Shown one piece after another: positions 1-12,328 of a stretch of 64,000 nucleotides of DNA; position 1 is the stretch's first letter; the number at the start of each line of letters is the position of its first letter. Both the position numbers and the translations under genes were made by a program. Source of the stretch: Octopus sinensis (taxonomy: Eukaryota). The stretch is from NCBI RefSeq assembly GCF_006345805.1, contig NC_043023.1, positions 8,556,001-8,620,000 on the forward strand, read 5' to 3'. Under the pieces are notes generated by a model, which saw only the letters and a list, made by a program, of their open reading frames with translations, did not search any database and was not told the origin of the DNA.

Positions 1-412
1 ACGATGGGCTTCTTTCAGTTTCCGTCTACCAAATCCACTCATAAGGCTTTGGTTGGCCTGAGGCTATAGAAGAAGACACTTGCCCATGGTGCCATGCAGT
101 GGGACTGAACCTGGAACCATGTGGTTGGTAAGCAAGCTACTTACCACACAGCCACTCCTGCTCCTCCTGTGCCTATAATGCAGTTATTTTTGCTAAATTC
201 TTCATAACTTTCAAAATCAATCGAAACACAAAGGCAGTGTATAGCAATGGAAATACAGTTAGAAAAGGAAATAACTTTATCACGGCGAAGATTGTGGTTT
301 TGCAACCCACATCAATTTAACTTCCTCATTTTCTTCCTCAACATTATACAAAGGTGTTTGTACCACCCAACAACCCTCTCCAAATTCCATTAATGTTTTT
401 TGTTTGTTTAAG

Positions 413-795
413 CGCAGGAGTGGCTGTGTGGTAAGTAGCTTGCTTACCAGCCACATGGTTCCAGGTTCAGTCCCACTGCATGGCACCTTGGGCAAGTGTG
501 TTTGACTATAGCCTCGGGCTAACCAAAGCCTTGAGAGTGGATTTGGTAGACGGAAACTGAAAGAAGCTCATCATATATATGTATGTGTGTATGTTTGTGT
601 GTCTGTGTTTGTCCCCCCCCCCCAACATCGCTTGACAACCGATGCTGGTGTGTTTATGTCCCCGTTACTTAGCGATTCGGCAAAAAGGGACCGATAGAAT
701 AAGTACTAGGCTTACAAAGAATAAGTCCTGGGTTGATTTGCTTGACTAAAGGCAGTGCTCCAGCATGGCTGCAGTCAAATGACTGAAACAAGTAA
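413..795 (+). mobile_element. tRNA-derived SINE family A. Other copies: 1-170(-), 3040-3197(-), 7700-7900(-), 11626-12003(-), 13030-13400(-), 14245-14522(-), 21420-21700(-), 30393-31050(+, interrupted), 39550-39897(-), 47665-48097(-), 49040-49445(-), 49755-50120(+), 50628-51012(-), 60455-60850(+, old)
   Basis: Head gcgcaggagtggctgtgtggtaag...ggttcagtccca (A/B-box like), internal (TA/TG)n and tail gtaaaagag. Many near-identical copies in the window. Confidence 0.85.
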
Positions 796-833
796 AAGAG
801 AGAGTATTATCATTATTGGTATTGTTGTTGTTG

Positions 834-888
<55 letters not shown>

Positions 889-1101
889 GGTGGGGAGCTG
901 GTAGAATCATTAGCACGCCAGGTAAAATGCTTAGTAGCATTTCACCTGTCACTACGTTCTAACTTCAAATTCTGCCGAGGTCAACTTTGCCTGCCTTTCA
1001 TCCTTTTGGGGTCGATAAAGTAAGTACCAGTAGGACACGGGTCAATGTAATCAACTTGTCCTCTCCCCCAAAATATTTGCCTTCCTGGCAAAATTTGAAA
1101 C

Positions 1102-1133
<32 letters not shown>

Positions 1134-1139
1134 GATACA

Positions 1140-1663
1140 AATGCGGTGATCTGGTCATCTCGTAAAAATGGATGACTCGAGTTCCAAAGCAGCTTTTTCA
1201 TGGGCAATTGACAAATTCTTCCCGTCCAACAAGGTGTCCTCTTCTTCGTTACAAGGACAAACTAAAAGACAATCTGAAGCGTTGTGACATTGCTCTGAGC
1301 TCCTGGGAGAGTGCAACAGGGGATCGCAGCAAATGGAGGAAAATGTGTTTTCTAAACACTAGAGAATTTGAAAGTAACCGTCTTCGCCATAGGGACGCCC
1401 TTCGTGCAAATTTGAAAGCAACGCATCATCAGCAAAATCCACCAAACAATGACTGTGTGTGTCACTGTGGGTTCAAAGCACGAAGCAAAGCTGGGTTAGC
1501 TGTCCACTCGAGAAGACATTTTGAACCAACGAATACATGCAAGTGTGAGAAAGTGTGCAAGACATCTGCTGGATTGAAGGTACACATGCGTGTCACAAGG
1601 CTTAAGAATTGTTGAAGGTTATTTACTGAACCCTCATTCATCATCTTCGATGAGAGAATCCAC

Positions 1664-1664
<1 letters not shown>
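1140..1664 (+). mobile_element. 5'-truncated RTE/RTE-X-like LINE 3' end with two C-terminal CCHH-like motifs
   Basis: MR*SGHLVKMDD / TRVPKQLFHGQL...RYKDKLKDNLK...WE...DRSKWR, then C-x-C...H-x3-H motifs and an (ATT)n tail. Confidence 0.75.
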
Positions 1665-1746
<82 letters not shown>

Positions 1747-1802
1747 TTATTTTTATTTTTATTATTATTATTATTTTTATTATTATTATTATTTTTATTT
1801 TT

Positions 1803-1833
<31 letters not shown>

Positions 1834-1918
1834 TTATTATTATTATTTTTATTTTTATTATTATTATTATTTTTATTATTATTATTATTATTTTTATTTT
1901 TATTATTATTATTATTAT

Positions 1919-1973
<55 letters not shown>

Positions 1974-2021
1974 TTATTATTATTTTATTATTATTATTAT
2001 TATTATTTTTTTTTATTATTA

Positions 2022-2053
<32 letters not shown>

Positions 2054-2136
2054 TTTATTTTTATTATTATTATTATTTTTATTATTATTATTATTATTTT
2101 TATTATTATTATTATTATTATTTTTTTTTTTTATTA

Positions 2137-2170
<34 letters not shown>

Positions 2171-2386
2171 TTTATTTTTATTATTATTGTTATTATTATT
2201 TTTATTATTATTATTATTATTATTATTTTTTTTTTATTATTTTTATTATTATTATTATTATTATTTTTATTTTTATTATTATTATTATTATTATTTTTTA
2301 TTATTATTATTATTATTATTTTTATTTTTATTATTATTATTTTTATTATTATTATTATTTTTATTATTATTATTATTATTTTTATG

Positions 2387-2417
<31 letters not shown>

Positions 2418-2429
2418 TTATTATTTTTA

Positions 2430-2464
<35 letters not shown>

Positions 2465-2525
2465 TTTTTATTATTATTATTATTATTTTTATTATTATTA
2501 TTATTATTTTTTATTATTATTATTA

Positions 2526-2569
<44 letters not shown>

Positions 2570-2580
2570 ATTATTATTGA
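1665..2580. repeat. ~915-bp degenerate (ATT)n microsatellite
   Basis: Directly visible. It ends ~45 bp before the USH1G acceptor. Confidence 0.97.
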
Positions 2581-2626
2581 TTCATTTATTTATATATATA
2601 TATATTTTTTTTTTTTTTTATTTCAG

Positions 2627-2848
2627 AGGAAACCCTGAAAAGGCAGATTATTTGGGCCAGACCGCTCTGCACCATGCAACAAAGAAGGGTCATATAGACT
2701 GTGTTACGTTTCTGGTCAACTGGGGCTGCAACATCTGGGCACTGGATAACAGCCACCACACTGCATTTGATGTTAGCTCAGTAAACAACAGGCGAGATAT
2801 TATGAAGTATTTAGGTCAGCAACAAAACATACAGCTCCTGAAAAATCG
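2627..2848 (+). CDS. USH1G: USH1G/ANKS4B (Sans) orthologue, internal coding exon (ankyrin repeats 2-3). The first exon is upstream of the window.
   Basis: Acceptor ttttttatttcag|A at 2626/2627 and donor CG|gtaaat at 2848/2849. Translation GNPEKADYLGQTALHHATKKGHIDCVTFLVNWGCNIWALDNSHHTAFDV parallels vertebrate SANS [45 protein letters not shown] (recalled). Confidence 0.9.
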
Positions 2849-3854
2849 GTAAATTTTAAGAGAAATTCCAATAAATATTTCTGTTGTTGTTATTTAACCC
2901 TAGGTCAGTTTTCATCCAGTAGACCTATGATCAAAATTGTTCCACATATGACCATCTATTTTATTTTTATTTAAATGAATCTAGGACTACATCATCTAAT
3001 GTATAGAAAAATTCTGTAATTATGAGCATATATACAACAGACTTCTTTCAGTTTCCGTCTACCAAATCCACTCACAAGGCTTTGGTTGGCCCGAGGCTAT
3101 AGTAGAAGATACTTGCCCAAGGTGCCACACATTGGAATTGAACCTGGAACCAGGTGGTTGGTTAGCAAGCTACTCACCACACAGCCACTCCTGCGCCTAT
3201 GAGCACTCTACAGACATGTGGACCCTTAATTTAATTTTCAGGAAGATTCAGTGTGACATAGAATGTGGCAAGGTTGGCCTCTTTAGAATTACCGGTACTA
3301 CTAATTTCTGCTGGATCAGGTCACACCTGGGGCTAAACAACAAACTGTAGCTACTAATTTTATTTTTGATTGTAATTAGGGTTCAGCAAAATTTGCTTCA
3401 CCTCATACTGAAATTTAGAAATAGCAGTTAGATACTATTCCACTATTATAAGATATCTCCCAGACAGTAAAGAGAAAAAATACAGAATCCACCCGGCTTT
3501 GATTAACTGTATGGAATGGAAGCACTCCGTCGGTTACGACGACGAGGGTTCCGGTTGATCCGATCAACGGAACAGCCTGCTCGTGAAATTAACGTGTAAG
3601 TGGCTGAGCACTCCACAGACACGTGTACCCTTAACGTAGTTCTCGGGGATATTCAGCGTGACACACAGAGTGACAAGGCCGGCCCTTTGAAATACAGGTA
3701 CAACAGAAACAGGAAGTAAGAGTGAGAGAAAGTTGTGGTGAAAGAGTACAGCAGGGATCACCACCACCCCCTGCCGGAGCCTCGTGGAGCTTTAGGTGTT
3801 TTCACTCAATAAACACTAATATATAGTATAATAAATAAATGTGCCCTTTTAAAG

Positions 3855-4330
3855 CCTAGCCAGGCTCATGGGCCCGGTTTCCTGGTTTCAATGGCGTATG
3901 TGTTCCCCCCAGCTGGACAGGACGCCAGTCCATGGCAGCGTCACTCATTTTTGCCAGCTGAGTGGACTGGAGCAACGTGAAATGAAGTGTTTTGCTCAAG
4001 AACACAACGCGTCGCCCGGTCCAGGAATCGAAACCACAATCTTAGAATCATGATTCTGACACCCTAACCACTGAACCATTGCGCCTCCACAATAAAACCT
4101 AGCCAGGCTCATGGGCCTGGTTTCCCGGTTTCAATGGCATATGTGTTCCCCAGATGGACGGGACACCAGTCCATCGCAGCGTTTCTCACTTTTGCCAGCT
4201 GAGTAGACTGGAGCAATGCGAAATGAAGTGTTTTGCTCAAGAACACAACACATCGCACAGTCCAGGAATCGAAACTACAATCTTATGATCATGATGCTGG
4301 CACCCTAACCATTAAGCCATGCACCTCCAC
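3855..4330 (-). mobile_element. Two tandem CORE-like tRNA SINEs, with related SINE 3' parts at 3220-3350 and 3496-3815
   Basis: Minus strand gtggaggc(g)c.atgg.t(c/t)agtggttagggtg...gttgtgttcttgagcaaaacacttcatttc resembles the MIR/CORE domain. Confidence 0.65.
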
Positions 4331-5640
4331 AATGGAAAATAGGTGAGTTTCAAAACGTTGATATCCAGGTGATAAAAGCAAAGTTTGAAGGGAATAATAA
4401 TGATTACCTTTGATTTCTAAATAGAAATGAATAGGAAATAGCACTTACTGACCAAAGGCAATAAGTGAATTTGTAGTATTCAGCAGGATATTTGCTCTGA
4501 CAATATTTCTGCTTGAGGGCGGCGAGCTTGCAGTATTGTTATCACACCGGGCGAAATGCTTAGCGGTATTTCATCTGCCGTTACATCCTGAGTTCAAATT
4601 CGATGAAGGTCAACTTTACCTTTCATCCTTTCGGGGTCGATTAAATAAGTACCAGTTAAGCACTGGGGTCAATATAATCAACTTAGTTCATTTGTCTGTC
4701 TTTGGTTGTCCTATCTGTGTTTAGCTCCTTGTGGGCAGTAAAGAAATAGGTATTTCATCTGCCGTTATGTCCTGAGTTCAAATTCTATGAAGGTCAACTT
4801 TACCTTTCATTCTTTCAGGGCCGATTAAATAAGTACCAGTTACACACTGGGATCGATATAATCAACTTAATTCATTTGTCTGTCTTCTCTGTGTTTAGCC
4901 CCTTGTGGGTAGTAAAGAAATAGGTATTTCGTCTGTCGTTACGTTCTGATTTCATATTCCACCAAGGTTGACTTTGCCTTACATCTTTTCAGGGTCAATT
5001 AAATAAGTACCAGTTATGCACTGGGGTTGATGTGATCGACTTAATCCCTTTGTCTGTCCTTGTTTGTCCCCTCTATTTTTAACCCCTTGTGGGTCGTAAA
5101 GAAATAGGTATTTCATCTGCCGTTACGTCCTGTGTTCAAATTCTACGATGGTCGACTTTGCATTTCATCCTTTCGGGATCAATTAAATAAGTACCAGTTA
5201 CGCACTGGGGTCAATATAATCAACTTAATCCCTTTGTCTGTGCTTGTTTGTCCCCTCTGTGTTTAGCCCCTTGTGGGCAATAAAGAAATATATATTTCTG
5301 TTTCAGCAACTCAGTACTGAATCTGCCTGAAACATAATGGAAAATAGGCTAATTTCAAAACATTGGTGTCTAGGTCACAAAAGCAAAGTTTGAAGGGAAT
5401 AATAGTAATTTCCTTTGATTTCTAGATAGAAGCAATTAGCAAATAACACTTACTGACCAAAGACAACAAGAAAATCTGTTGTATTGAGCAGAATATTTGC
5501 TCTAACGATATTTCTGCTTCAGCAACTTAGCACTGAATCTGTTTGAAATGTAATGGAAAATAGGTCAGTTTCAAAACATTAGTGTCTAGGAGACAAAAGC
5601 TAGGTTTGAAGGGAATATTGATCGTTTCCTTTAATTTATA
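4331..5640. repeat. ~216-bp tandem unit (about 2.5 copies) split by the SINE-B array
   Basis: aatggaaaatagg...gtttgaagggaata recurs at 4331, 5336 and 5552. Confidence 0.75.
4516..5290 (+). mobile_element. tRNA-derived SINE family B: one head plus four tandem bodies. Single copies at 888-1105, 14958-15180, 21841-22040, 48484-48702
   Basis: Head ggcggcgagcttgcag...; bodies start at 4565, 4749, 4923 and 5107 (184, 174, 184, ~184 bp), and each ends in aaagaaata. Confidence 0.85.
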
Positions 5641-5649
5641 ATAATAATG

Positions 5650-5681
<32 letters not shown>

Positions 5682-5686
<5 letters not shown>

Positions 5687-6300
5687 AATTATTGTATACA
5701 GTGCTCAGGTGCACCACAACTTGTCAGAAAGTGCGTATAAAGTCTGGAAAGCGAACGATGTATCAGTCAGATACATGCTTGCGTGTGCATGGAGGGAAGA
5801 AAATCAGGTGTAGTGTTGGCGAATCTCAGGAAGCATGGAAGTTTTGAAGGATGCAGTGCTCCGACAACTAACAACTGATGCCAGCAGTCTGTTCCATGCT
5901 TCAGCAACTCTTAGCGTGAAAAAATGTTTCCAGAAGAAAATTTAATTATTTTAATAATAATAATAATGAAATTATTATATACAGTGCTCAGGTGCACCAC
6001 AATTTATCAAAAGTGCATATAAAATATATGCAGTAATGTACAAATGTCTGGAAAGTGAACAGTGTATGAGTCAGATACATGCTTGCATGTGTATGGAGGG
6101 GAGAAAATCAGGTGTAGTGTTGGCAAATCTCAGGAAGCATGGAAGTTTTGAAGGATGCAGTGCTCCGACAACTAACGACTGATGCCGGCAGTCTGTTCCA
6201 TGCTTCAACAACTCTTAGCGTGAAAAAATGTTTCCTAAAGTCATGTGAGCTGTGCTGTTTTCTGACTTTGTAAACATGTCCACGGGTGTTAAACAGGTGG
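5682..6300 (-). mobile_element. Two tandem CR1-type LINE 3' fragments with (ATT)n tails
   Basis: Minus-strand translation KHFFTLRV(A/V)EAWNRL(L/P)ASVVSCRSTASFKT is a typical CR1 C-terminus. Copies at ~5682-5931 and ~5965-6300. Confidence 0.7.
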
Positions 6301-6743
6301 AGTTTTCAAATAATAATAATAATGAAATCATTGTATACTGTGCTTTCGATATATATGTATGTTCATCCGTCAGTTCGTACGTCCAGTAGGCTTAATTTAT
6401 GTCCCATGGAGTGAATAATATTGGTTTCAAATTTTAACCCAAGGCCAGCAATTTTCAGGGGAGGGTATCAGTCGATTATGTCGACCCCCAGTACTCTACT
6501 CTTTTACTTGTTTCAGTCATTTGACTGCGGCCATGCTGGAGCACTGCCTTTAGTCAAGCAAGTCATGGGAGCTGTGCTGTTTTTTGACTTTGTAAATATG
6601 TCCATGGGTGTTAGACGGGTGGAGTTTGAAAAGAAAGAAGCAAATAGAAAATAACAGTTAGGGACCACAGACAAAGAAAAATAGAAAATTAAATATGTTG
6701 TTATAAAGTGTAATAATGATTTTTTTTCTGTTCCTTCTTTCAG

Positions 6744-7620
6744 GAAGACAACCGAGAAGATGAAGGAGAAGGCCATTGCTGAGTATGACAAAAATGTGAA
6801 ACGCTATGAGAAACTACAGCAGGAGGCTGCCAGAAAGGCCGAGGAAGAAAACCGAAAACTTCGTGAGATGCAGAACAGAGGGCAGGGCAATCCAACAGGT
6901 AAAACCACAATACGGCAGAAACTGAAAACACTTGCAGCCCGCACAAAGACCCGACCGTCAGCTTTCCCTCACAGCACGACAGGACGCAGCGCTGTTCCAA
7001 AAAGTGACGTCTTCCACGAGACCGGGAACGTCACGGTTCATTCCCCGAAGGGCATCACACGGGGATCAGATGTGATGTATGTCAATGGCCAACCCGAATC
7101 GCAGATGAGCAATAGCATATATGAGAAAGAGGAGCAGAATTCGAAGGTGGCTGGAATCTTTGATCGGCCCGGTATGGGCACGATGGCATTTTTTAATAAC
7201 CGCCAGGTGGCAGCACATTCTTTGTTTGCCGGTGATGAATCCGAAATAAGAGGCAAAGAACAAGGACATTTTGCTAGTCGTCCAACTGCTTTACTCAGCG
7301 ACAGCATCATAGGCGATATGCAGTACAACCCCAAGGACTTACCCTGGGACGACGAGATCATTGGAAACCTAGACGACGGCGAAAATGGCCTCACAAAGTA
7401 CTCGACACTTGAACTCTTTCTTGTAACTTACAAACTGGAGGACTACTTCGATGTGCTCTCTCGTGAGAAGATTGACCTTGATGCCTTAATGTTGCTGGAA
7501 GACGAAGACTTAAAGAGTCTTAATGTAGAGTTGGGGCCTCAACGGAAACTGAAAAATGCCATTGAAAAGAGACAAAATGTGCTACGTAACCCTGGGGCTA
7601 TGGTTGATACACGAATCTGA
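6744..7620 (+). CDS. USH1G: USH1G/ANKS4B (Sans) orthologue, terminal exon (coiled coil, central region, SAM domain, C-terminal PDZ-binding motif DTRI)
   Basis: Acceptor ttccttctttcag|G at 6743/6744 splices in frame with the 2848 donor (CG+G = Arg, giving KNRKTTEKMKEK). SANS-type motifs GSDVMYV, FDRPGMGTMAF, LPWDD, SAM domain LELFL...REKIDLDALMLL...LGPQRKL, stop TGA at 7618-7620. Confidence 0.92.
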
Positions 7621-7920
7621 AATCTGTAAAATATATTCCAATTATATTTTTTGATCATATTTTCATTATTTTTTTTTCGTACCTGTTATCTTTTATTTGT
7701 TTCACTCGTTTGACTGTGGCCATGCTGGAGCACCACCTCGAAGTATTTCAGTCAAACAAATTGCCCCCCAAATTAATTTTTTTAAGCTCAGTACTTATTC
7801 CATCAAACTTTTTTGCTGAACTGCTAAATTACAGGGACATAAACACACCAACACCCCTTGTCAGCAAGTGGGTGGGCGAGGTAGACAAACACAGACACAG
7901 AGACAAACGCACATAGCTGT

Positions 7921-7998
<78 letters not shown>

Positions 7999-8857
7999 TA
8001 TATACAACTTATAAACAAGGGCAAAAGAAAAAAATTTCTAATATCAAATATGCTGAAAATAGACACATCGTCAATAACCATATAATTCATTACTATAAGC
8101 ACTCACCTCGAAGAAAGCCGACAGAAATTTCTAAAACATTCCATTTTTATCATATTGGACCCGATTTCAGAGTTAATTCATAAGAACTTTCTCTTCGCCA
8201 GTGATAAATGCGGCAAAGAAATAAATGAAATACTTACTTATACCCATGGAAGAAGCAAACACTAAGTCATGAGCACAATTAAGTAACCCCAAAATATCCA
8301 AAATAGAAATTCTCCAGCACACCTCGAGTCACGTGCGATTCGAACTGAAAACCTTCATAGAGTGAGAGAGTCCGGAAGTGAACACTATTAAATTTACGTC
8401 TATATATATATACAATTGCAGAGTGGAAGGTGTTTATAAGCCTGTTCACTGACAAAATTCCCAGTGAACAGGTCGCCGTCTCAAAGTGATGAAAATATTT
8501 TGACAAATTAAATTTACATCTAATATAGGATAAAATTTTTCGAAAAACATTCTATAAATGGCCTGCATATTAAAAAATACCTTTAAAAGTTAAATTTATA
8601 AACAACTTATAAACAAGGGCAAAAGAAAAAAATTTTCTAATACCAAATATGCCGAAACTAGACACATCGTCCATAACCAAATAATTCCTCACTATAAGCA
8701 CGCGTCTCGAAGAAAGCTGACAGAAATTTCTAAAAAATTCTATTATTATCATATCGGACCCAATTTCAGAGTTAATTTAACCTTTAAAGGTATTTTTTAA
8801 TATGCTGCCCATTGATAAAATTTTTTGCGAAACATTTTATCCTATATTAGAAATATA

Positions 8858-8906
<49 letters not shown>

Positions 8907-9062
8907 GTTAATAAAATAGAACATATGCATATATATAAACATATATGTACATACCTACCTCTACATGTACATATACACGCATATATGTGTACAGGACACC
9001 AAAAAGACGTCGAACACATAGAGAGACGAAACACATAGACACAAACCAAGGAACAAGACAAG

Positions 9063-9706
9063 CAAAAAAAAAAAAAAAAAAGGAGAGATACAGGACAATA
9101 AGCACAACGAAAAATCCCCTTCTTCAGTCGCTAAGATTTCATCTACTAAACGTTTCGAAGGATAAAAGCGAGACGTATACTTCGAAGAAAAATTCCTTCC
9201 CGCGAAAAGCAAATCAATTAAAATTCTGAGATCTTTTCGCAGAGGGGTAAAAAAAAAAGCAAGACGGTAACGACAGTACAAACATATAAACAGTAAAAAA
9301 TATATATATAAACAGTGGAAAAATAAATATATAACAGTGAGAGACAGGACAAGGAGAACAAGATAAGAAGGGCTGTTAACGCCAGACGAAAAAAGTATTG
9401 CAAACGCTGGATTATCGTGGAAGACGAGAGAGGGAAAATTTGTCGACCAGAAGCCTTACAAGGCGGGCGAGAAAAGACAGGATAGCAGTTACGACGGAAG
9501 TATCGTCGCAGATGGATGACGGGAATGGGGGAGGAGGAGCAAGAGGAAGAGAGAGAAGAAGGGGAATGGTGCGAGGAGACCATGAAGAATGGTGAAAGGG
9601 AGAGAGAGAATGAAGAATGAGAGAGAGAGGAAGAGACAAGTTAAGTGAGGGAAAAAAAGACGAAAAAGGGAATGGGAGAGAAAGAAAGAAAGATGCAGAG
9701 TCGCGT

Positions 9707-9710
<4 letters not shown>
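9063..9710. promoter_or_regulatory. CpG-enriched, non-repetitive-looking segment; possible promoter or first exon
   Basis: Many CpGs against an AT-rich background, an ETS-type CGGAAGT at ~9495-9501, and a GA-rich tract. Confidence 0.3.
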
Positions 9711-9758
<48 letters not shown>

Positions 9759-9904
9759 CACACATACATAGACAGACACACGCATATAGACAGATACACA
9801 CATATTCCCTTGTATATGGTCTGTACATAAACCTTCTCCTCAACTTACGACCTATATGAATAAACAAAAACATCAATCTTTTGGATATTGGGAAGCTTTG
9901 CTTA

Positions 9905-10320
9905 TCTATTATATAAAATCCGTTCTGTCTGTCTGTGTGTGTGTCTTCTAGGATCTCAGGCATCCTCCATCCAATTGCGCTCAAATTTGATATCTAGATA
10001 CCGATGGTATCAGGGCGTGTATAAGTCTTGAAAAAATTACAAAAATCGATTCCAGGTGAGAATGCGATCGATAAAGGCGTTTTTGTCCTGCTTTTCTTCC
10101 GTCAACCTGTACATAACTGCACCTTCCACTTTTTATTGTTTTTGTACTGCTTAAAGGCACGTTTCTTTCCTGCCAAGCTTACTGTTTAAACCATGTTTGT
10201 GTTCTCCCAGTCAACAGCCTTATAATTACTGGTACTTTAAACTCTTCGGTTGCATATTTGTGTGAATAAAATCGTTTTTCTTTGGAATAGAAAAAAAAGT
10301 CTATCTTTATTTCTTCTTTT
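9905..10320 (+). mobile_element. Probable Helitron-like 5' end
   Basis: A|TCtattatataaaatc followed by (ctgt)n/(gt)n and ccaattgcgctcaaatttg. No 3' CTAG was found. Confidence 0.4.
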
Positions 10321-10949
10321 GCTGGTGTCTCAAATTTAGGTTAAATCAGTGTTTCTCAAAGGGGAGGTCTATGGGACGGTCGGACAAGTTGTTTTGAGAA
10401 AATTTGGTTTAAATGTTTGACAACTCAGCACCGTCCATTGGACCGGGGGTGGGGGCGTTTTGCTTGTGATAACTATGGCAACATCTGACAATGTGGGCCT
10501 CCCTCAGACCCAGGCCTGCTGCTGTCTCTTACTCGGTCACTTTAGAGCATCATTTGTATTTGAATGAAAACAGAGTTGCAAAATATGAATCCGCCATATG
10601 GCCCAGATTGACTTATGACCTGTCAGTCAGAACGGAGCTCAGTCGTAAGCCAAGGAGAAGGTGTGTGTGTGTGTCATCCGATCGTGGCCGTTGCCAGCTT
10701 CATCTGGTCTCCGTGCCAGTGGCACGTAAAAAGCACCATACGAACGTGGCCATTTGCCAGCCTCGTCTGGCACATAAAAAGCACCCACTACACTCACGGA
10801 GTGGTTGGCGTTAGGAAGGGCATCCAGCTGTAGAAACACTGCCAGATCAGACTGGGCCTGGTGCAGCCTTCTGGCTTCCCAGACCCCAGTCAAACCGTGC
10901 AACTCATGCTAGCGTGGAAAGCGGACGTTAAACGATGATGATGATGATA

Positions 10950-11601
10950 TTTGGTTGTCTGGAAAGTTTGTGCTGATTTTTAAAGGAAAGAAAAAGATCA
11001 ATAAATACTTGCCATTACATTTGTGATCAACCAAATATGAACCATTTTGTTGCACAATGCGTCTCCATCTTTCCTTTAACTTGAAAATACCCCCTTCCCA
11101 GAATTGAGGTGGTTTCATGGCAAAGAATTCATCAACGTATCTTTTTACGTCATCCAAGGAATTGAAATTTTTACCATTAAGACTATTCTGCAGAGACCTG
11201 AATATATATATAAAAACAAGATGATTGAAAAGTAACTCCCTGTTTTAAAATACTTACAAATTATTTATTAATAGCAATTTTTACTAAAACAATGGATATC
11301 TGAAGGTGCAATATCTGGTGAATATGGAGGGTGGGGTAACACATCCCAGCCGAGCTGCAGCAATTTTTGTCTGGTTCCCAAAGCATCAAGTGCCGAAGAT
11401 GAACTTTCTTATCTTCCATTTTAAAGGGTTACAGAATTTACACAGATTATAGGAACATTAACCTTCTTCCACGAAAGATAGCTTAAACTGTGCTCTAAAT
11501 GGAGGTGTAGTCAAATCCTTCTTTTATGGACTCAACCATGTTCTAAAATAAGTCGAAAGGTAAGCTACTATAAATCGGCACAAACTTTCCAGACAACCCA
11601 A
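10950..11601 (-). mobile_element. Internally deleted mariner element with a nested second Tc1/mariner end
   Basis: TIRs ttgggttgtctggaaagtttgtgc flanked by TA. N-terminus MEDKKVHLRHLMLWE (start 11418) and C-terminus DEFFAMKPPQFWEGGIFKLKERW...QNGSYL. Confidence 0.8.
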
Positions 11602-12247
11602 TATATATATATATATATGTATGCATTCTTTTACTCATTTCAGTCATTTGACTGTGGCCATGCTGGACCACCGCCTTTAGTCAAACAAATCGACGCAGGA
11701 CTTATTCTTTGTAAGACAAGTACTTATTCTATCGGTCTCTTTTGCCAAGCTGCTAAGTTACAGGGTGGTAATCACACCAACATCGGTCGACAAGTGATGG
11801 TGGGGGGACAAACACAGACACAAACACTCACACACACGTACATATATATGATGGGCTTCTTTCAGTTTCCATCTATCAGACCCACTCACAAGGCTTTGGT
11901 TGGCCCAAGCCTATAGCAGAAGACATTTTGCCCAAGGTGCCAGGCAGTGGGACTGAACATGGAACCATGTGGCTGGGAAGCAAGCTACTTACGACACAGC
12001 CACGTATGTGAACAGGAAGAACACAACAAGAAGAAAAATTAAACAAGAACACAGCAAACAGAAAACTAGGTAAAAACCAGAAAGGAGAAACTGGACACAC
12101 ATACACACACACTCTCACAAACACATATATGACAAGAAATCATTTTTGTCTCTTTTTATAGAAACAAAGATTTATAGGACTGCAAAAGAGAATCCTACAC
12201 ATTTTTTTTCTCTCCATTGAATTGATAAAAGGTGGGTTTTTTTTCTA

Positions 12248-12328
<81 letters not shown>

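Noticed and set aside
413-500. tRNA-like heads
   Set aside because: They belong to SINEs, and no complete cloverleaf was found.
1450-1600. Host C2H2 gene in the USH1G intron
   Set aside because: The motifs are continuous with a decayed LINE ORF2 C-terminus.
1590-2638. Long poly-I/L/Y ORFs, and the many YIYI/HTHT/CVCV ORFs elsewhere
   Set aside because: They are translations of (ATT)n, (TA)n and (CA)n microsatellites.
9140-9190. Minus-strand gaag...cttc-GAAACGTT as a hammerhead
   Set aside because: There is no CUGANGA core and no stem I.
10347-10365. cagtgtttctcaaagggg as a hAT MITE end
   Set aside because: No partner TIR or TSD was found.
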